Under the pieces are notes generated by a model. It made no database searches, was not told where the DNA came from, and saw only the letters and a list, made by a program, of their open reading frames with translations. From Bacillota bacterium (lineage in GTDB: Bacteria; Bacillota; SHA-98; UBA4971): DNA of 64,000 nucleotides. Positions within the stretch are counted from its first letter, which is position 1. The number at the start of each line of letters is the position of its first letter. A program made the position numbers and the translations under genes. The DNA is taken from positions 195,749 to 259,748 of the forward strand of contig JBMNFG010000011.1 in assembly GCA_050949175.1 (NCBI GenBank), written 5' to 3'. Below, piece by piece: positions 59,192-64,000 of the stretch.

Positions 59192-59675
59192 CTGGGGTGG
59201 TCGAAAAACAACCACCGAAACGCTCTTTAGTGGCAGCTTTTCTACCACAGTTTTGGGCGCTTGCTCGTAAATGGTAGATTCTCGCCCACCAGAACGCTCA
59301 AAGGTGGAAGGTTTTCTACCATGATCAGGTGCTAGGGTGGTAGGATATCGACCACCACGCCTCCCATAATCTGGTAATTTGCGGTTTAGTGGTCGAAACT
59401 CACCCACATTTTCTGAAAAAGTGGGCGAAAAACTGCCACGTTTTTAAAAAAAGTGGTAGAGAATCTACCACCTAAGCCCCAAAAAGCTCCGAAAACCGGG
59501 CCGCAACCTGAAAACGTGGTCGAATCTCTACCACCTGAGCCGGTTTGGGTGGTTCAGAATCGCCCATTTATGAACGTTTGCTCGAAAAAATCCAAAAGTG
59601 TGGTCGACATTGAACCACCTCTTCAAGGAAAGGTGGTTGAAACCGAACCATTTATGAGCGTTTGCTCGTAAAAAC
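59192..59675 (+). repeat. dispersed hairpin-array element, copy 3
   Basis: Collinear with copy 2 along the whole length (for example GTGGTAGAGAATCTACCACCTAAGCC, GTGGTCGAATCTCTACCACC). Confidence 0.88.
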
Positions 59676-60169
59676 CGGGAAGCGGGCTAAATCAGTTCAG
59701 CATTTCGAGAAAATGTGGTCGGAAACAGGCTCGGTTACCTTGCCTTAGCTCATCAAGCCCGGTTCTCAGAAGCTATGGCCTTCGTTAATAGGTGCAGTTA
59801 CGATTACATAGGTCCAGTTGAGATTACAGATGAGAGAAATCGTGTACTGTGTGAAAGCTACATAGCAACACCTCTCCCTAGGATCAGATAGTAGAAGGAT
59901 TGCTAGCGTATAAACGAGAGTATACAATATAGTAGGGTATATATCAGAGAGAAACACATGCAGGAAGCGTGGTTCGTAACTTCGTAACAAGGATACATGT
60001 AGAATCCTGATCCTTACCAGGACCGGAATTCTGCACAGGTACACCTGTTACCCGGCGTTTCTCTCAAACTTACAACGTCCGGCACTCTGATAGGGACTGT
60101 CAGTAGGCGGCTTTTTTCAAGAAGGCTGTTTTGCGAAGAGTCGTAACCGAGCAAGACCGCACTTTTGGA

Positions 60170-60262
60170 AAAGCTGCCGCAAGAAGAGCCTCAGAGCACT
60201 CAAAGCGCTCAAAGCACTGAGAGCATTCGGAGCACTCAGAGCACTCGGAGCACTCTTGGATC
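60170..60262. repeat. array T: 9-bp unit AGCACTCAG/AGCGCTCAA x about 9
   Basis: Direct reading, about 50 bp upstream of the GTG start of the next gene. Confidence 0.85.
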
Positions 60263-60314
60263 AGCGGCTCTAAAGGGCTGTCCCGGAAAGAGGCTGGAAC
60301 GGAGGTGTCGTAAG

Positions 60315-60854
60315 GTGAAACTAAATACGAAACAGATTGTTATCTCCGGTTTGTTGGTAGCTCTGGCGCTCGTCCTCGGAGTTACAGGGCTCGGATTCGT
60401 TCCGGTGCCTACCCCGGCAGGTGCCGCAACCCTCATGCATCTTCCAGTGGAACTCGCAGGAATATTACAAGGGCCTGTTGTCGGATCATTCGTTGGGCTG
60501 ATCTTCGGCCTCTTCACTCTCAGATTCTTGCCGGATCCACGTGTCGTCATACCTGCACGTCTCCTTATCGGAATAGTATCATACCTGGTATACGCAGGAT
60601 GCGGTAAGAAGTCTTGGAGCATCCCCCTTGCCGCAATCGCGGGAAGCTTAACAAACACCGTGGGAACTCTTGGCCTGGCAGTTGTCTTTGGATATATCCC
60701 CTTCTCCGGTCCTGAAGGGGCCATCGGTATAGCGCTGCTCCAAGGGGTGCCGGAAGCGATCCTCGCTGCAGTTGTAATCACACCTGTAGCTATCGCAGTA
60801 AAGAGGCTGGAAGCAAATAGACCTCTGGCTTATCCCATCTACAAAGGCAAATAA
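60315..60854 (+). CDS. small polytopic membrane protein, ECF-transporter S-component-like
   Basis: About 180 aa with 5-6 TM helices. GTG start with a GGAGGTG RBS. Substrate unknown. Confidence 0.45.
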   Translation: MKLNTKQIVISGLLVALALVLGVTGLGFVPVPTPAGAATLMHLPVELAGILQGPVVGSFVGLIFGLFTLRFLPDPRVVIPARLLIGIVSYLVYAGCGKKSWSIPLAAIAGSLTNTVGTLGLAVVFGYIPFSGPEGAIGIALLQGVPEAILAAVVITPVAIAVKRLEANRPLAYPIYKGK

Positions 60855-60921
60855 ACTGCAGTTGAGACTAAGCTTCAGCAACAGATCAGGAATGCAAATA
60901 GCCCCAAGGAGTGGAACACGA

Positions 60922-61872
60922 ATGCCAACTGCAAAAAAGGCTAACCCTGCCGCACCTGGGATTCGACAGAATCCTCGCCTCGGATACGTGCTGGCTTTGG
61001 CAGCTGCCGTAATCTGGGGTACTCTCGGCATTTTCGCAAAACTCATATATGCCTACGGAATCGACCCTATAGTCGTGGTATCACTACGGTCTTCCCTGGC
61101 TTTCATAGCCTTACTTATATCCTTTGTTATCCTAAACCCCTCTCAACTCCGTATCGATATAAAAGATATCCCTTTCTTTTTGGCATTCGGTTTTATCGGG
61201 GTTACCCTTAATCACTTGTCATACTTCGAAGCATTAAAGCGCATATCAGCAACGACTGCAGTGATTATCCTTTACACAGCCCCTGCCTTTGTGGCTTTGG
61301 GAGCTTGCATGTTTTTTAGGGAACGCCTGACAAAGACGCAAATGATTGCCCTTATTATTGCTTTTGCCGGATGCTTCCTCGTTGCCGGTGGCTATGATAG
61401 GGAGCTTATCTCTTTGAATCCAGCAGGCATTCTTTTAGCGCTCTTAGCCGCCATTACTTATGCTTCCTACACATTACTCAGCAAATATGCTCTTTCGAAA
61501 TACTCTTCATGGACAACGGTGCTTTACTCATTTGGGTTCGGCGGCTTCTTTTTGGTATGTTTTGCAGGCAAGAATCTCGCACAGGTCCTGGAGTTTTCTC
61601 CGACAGTATGGTTGTTAGTGCTTTGCATCGTATTCGGCCCGACGGTCGCTTCGTATGTTATGTACGTACTGGCTCTTCACCACATAAAGGCGGCTGACGC
61701 CGGGATCACCTGCATGGCCGAACCTGCTGCTGCCACCTTGCTTGCATTTCTGATTCTCGGCGAGACGCTGGCAGGCTGGCAGTTGGTAGGAGCTGCCCTT
61801 GTCCTCGCCGGAATATTTCTTATCCAGACGAAAAAGCCTGAAGACGAACCCTCCTGTAAAGAGGTCGCCTAG
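60922..61872 (+). CDS. EamA/DMT family transporter
   Basis: Ten TM helices in two EamA repeats. ATG at 60922 with an AAGGAGTGG RBS. Confidence 0.8.
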   Translation: MPTAKKANPAAPGIRQNPRLGYVLALAAAVIWGTLGIFAKLIYAYGIDPIVVVSLRSSLAFIALLISFVILNPSQLRIDIKDIPFFLAFGFIGVTLNHLSYFEALKRISATTAVIILYTAPAFVALGACMFFRERLTKTQMIALIIAFAGCFLVAGGYDRELISLNPAGILLALLAAITYASYTLLSKYALSKYSSWTTVLYSFGFGGFFLVCFAGKNLAQVLEFSPTVWLLVLCIVFGPTVASYVMYVLALHHIKAADAGITCMAEPAAATLLAFLILGETLAGWQLVGAALVLAGIFLIQTKKPEDEPSCKEVA

Positions 61873-62015
61873 CGGGATCCGGCATCGCACTTCATTCAAA
61901 GGCACAAGGAGATTTTGCATAGAAATCAGCATGGCTCCGAGGCTGTCCTCGGAACCATTAATGTCCCGGCTATGAGCATTTCTAAGTCTTCTGTATCCCG
62001 GTCTCGTGGATTCTC

Positions 62016-63668
62016 TTAAGCCCCCAGTATCGCTTTGAGATCTTCCTCCGGTGTGCTGATAGGCATAATACCGAACTTCTCCACAAGAACCTCAAGTACG
62101 TTGGGCGTAACGAACGCGGGCAAAGTAGGCCCGAGTCGGATATTCTTAATACCCAAGTACAGCAGAGATAGGAGTATAGCTACAGCTTTCTGCTCATACC
62201 AGGACAGAATCAGTGAAAGAGGCAGACTGTTTACGTCAGTTCCCAGCTTCTCCGCAAGAGAAACGGCCAACTGCACTGCTGAGAAAGCGTCGTTGCACTG
62301 ACCGACGTCGAGCAGCCTCGGAATGCCGTCGATTTCACCGAATTCAAGGTCATTGAATCTGTATTTTCCGCAAGCGAGCGTTAGGATAATGCAATCCTCA
62401 GGAACTGCCTTGGCAAGCTCTGTGTAGTAATTACGTCCGGGTTTTGCGCCATCGCAACCTCCAATCAAGAATACATGGCGGAGCTTGCCTTCCTTTACAA
62501 GGTCGACGACCTTATCTTGAGCTCCGAGAAGCGATGCCCGGCCAAACCCTACGATCATCGTTTTCTCAGGCTCATCTTCAGCAAATCCCTCTGCTGCCAG
62601 AGCAGCTTCAATCACAGGAGTAAAGTCTTTGTCTTTGATGTGACGAACACCGGGCCATGCTACGAGCCCTGTTGTGAAAATCCTGTCCTTGTAGGAGTCC
62701 TTCGGTCTTTGGATGCAGTTTGTAGTCATCAGGATTGCACCTGGGAATTTCTCAAATTCCGTGCTCTGGTTCTGCCATGCGCTACCGTAGTTGCCTACAA
62801 GATGCTTATACTTCTTAAGTTGCGGATAACCATGGGCAGGAAGCATCTCTCCATGAGTGTATATATTAATCCCTTTGCCTTCTGTCTGTTTAAGCAGCTC
62901 TTCCAGATCCTTGAGGTCATGTCCTGATACGAGTATAGCCTTGCCTGCAACAGGAGTAGTTCTGACAGCAGTAGGTACGGGGTCTCCGTAAGCTTCTGTG
63001 TTTGCCTTATCCAGTAGCGCCATACTACGTACATTAAGTTCACCTACGCGAAGAGCAGTGCCCAGCAAGTCGTCTAATGACGGGTCGCTTGCCGTAAGGA
63101 AGTCCAATACTTCGTGGAAGTCGCCGTACACTTTTTCATCTTGCACTCCCAGTATTTGCGCATGGTCCACATAAGCTGCGGCACCTTTCAGGCCGAACAG
63201 GATAAGATCACGTAGAGCGGCTCTATCCTCCCCCAGAGTCTCAACGCCACTGCGCCACTCCTCGGAGATTCTTGCTCCTTCCTCAATAAGCTTGGACAGA
63301 TCCTCGTCGCCTTGCCACTCAGCAGGGCCTTTTAGGGACTCAGGAGTTTTGCCTTGAGCCATACATGCGTCTTCATAGAGTTTTTTAGCCTTATCCTTTA
63401 GGGCCACACCTTTCTGGATAAGTTCAGCAACTCGCTCAGGGTCGAAGTTAACATTTGTGATAGTGGTAAAAAGAGCTTTAATTACAAACTCATCAATCTC
63501 TTGATCCCTCACACTCAGACTCCGGGCCCTCGTTGCATACATTGATATACCTTTCATGACATAGATTAGAAGGTCCTGAAGTACTGCAGTGCTTTCATCC
63601 TTACCGCAAACACCTACAACTGTACACCCTGTTCCTTTTGCTCGTTGTTCGCATTGATAGCAAAACAT
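62016..63668 (-). CDS. hcp: hydroxylamine reductase / hybrid-cluster protein
   Basis: The MFCYQCEQ N-terminal Cys motif and the full-length Hcp domain layout. ATG at 63668 with a G-rich RBS. Confidence 0.9.
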   Translation of the reverse strand: MFCYQCEQRAKGTGCTVVGVCGKDESTAVLQDLLIYVMKGISMYATRARSLSVRDQEIDEFVIKALFTTITNVNFDPERVAELIQKGVALKDKAKKLYEDACMAQGKTPESLKGPAEWQGDEDLSKLIEEGARISEEWRSGVETLGEDRAALRDLILFGLKGAAAYVDHAQILGVQDEKVYGDFHEVLDFLTASDPSLDDLLGTALRVGELNVRSMALLDKANTEAYGDPVPTAVRTTPVAGKAILVSGHDLKDLEELLKQTEGKGINIYTHGEMLPAHGYPQLKKYKHLVGNYGSAWQNQSTEFEKFPGAILMTTNCIQRPKDSYKDRIFTTGLVAWPGVRHIKDKDFTPVIEAALAAEGFAEDEPEKTMIVGFGRASLLGAQDKVVDLVKEGKLRHVFLIGGCDGAKPGRNYYTELAKAVPEDCIILTLACGKYRFNDLEFGEIDGIPRLLDVGQCNDAFSAVQLAVSLAEKLGTDVNSLPLSLILSWYEQKAVAILLSLLYLGIKNIRLGPTLPAFVTPNVLEVLVEKFGIMPISTPEEDLKAILGA

Positions 63669-63696
63669 CTTTCCGCCCCCCCTCGTTCGGATTGGT

Positions 63697-63725
63697 CTTA
63701 TAGAAGCCGCATATATAAGCAGCAA
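63697..63725 (-). promoter_or_regulatory. candidate sigma-A promoter of hcp (TTGCTG-N17-TATAAG)
   Basis: Read on the minus strand. A perfect palindrome GGACC-N-GGTCC lies about 45 bp further upstream (63767-63777). Confidence 0.4.
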
Positions 63726-64000
63726 GAGTCGAGGTAGTCTACTAATAATAATAGATCTCTCGTCTGGGACCTGGTCCTAGGCAGTCAGCCAAAACTCGCA
63801 GTATTGCCCTTAGCGCTGAAACGGTTTTTCTGAAGAAACACTGTCTCTAAACGTTCCTTGTTGTCCAATAGATCAGCTAAAGTAGTCTTTTCTGCAATAC
63901 CATCTATACTCGCTTGTACCTTGAGCCAAAGCTCGTTAAGAGGACATATTTGTTTGCGGTCGCAATGATAGTGTGTGGAAACGCATGGTTTGACAATGAC

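Overview
This 64-kb window appears to come from an anaerobic, endospore-forming Firmicute of the Clostridia type. Evidence: spoIIE-tilS-ftsH synteny, AddAB instead of RecBCD, a tungsten-type aldehyde:ferredoxin oxidoreductase cluster, hybrid-cluster protein Hcp, class II (B12) ribonucleotide reductase and a radical SAM/SPASM enzyme. GC content is roughly 50%. Most of the coding content is core or housekeeping: thiolase, nrdJ, a MATE efflux pump, hutU, ftsH, tilS, spoIIE, a MacAB-like ABC efflux set, adenine deaminase, a 2-hydroxyacid dehydrogenase, a TPP-riboswitch-controlled ThiT, addAB, a DUF2207-TPM-LemA module, dmpA, an EamA transporter and hcp. I found no rRNA, tRNA, CRISPR/cas, transposase, integrase or obvious phage or defence genes. 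The unusual signal is in the non-coding DNA. Almost every intergenic gap longer than about 200 bp contains its own degenerate tandem-repeat array. I count more than 15 arrays with unit lengths from 9 to 160 bp, several built from hairpin-forming palindromes. There is also a dispersed repeat of about 490 bp, itself an array of GGTGGTMGA-N4-TCKACCACC hairpins, present in three copies (one inverted). Two gene-level oddities also stand out. A 1676-aa alpha-2-macroglobulin-like protein has an intact CxEQ thioester motif and is fused to a C-terminal VanW domain; it is co-transcribed with a membrane-anchored, apparently extracytoplasmic AMMECR1-domain protein and lies divergent from a LysM-LysM protein. 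An AorABC-like cluster (ferredoxin, tungsten AOR, MoaD-like, FAD oxidoreductase) is also present. All protein calls rest on my recognition of motifs in the translated ORFs; no database searches could be run.
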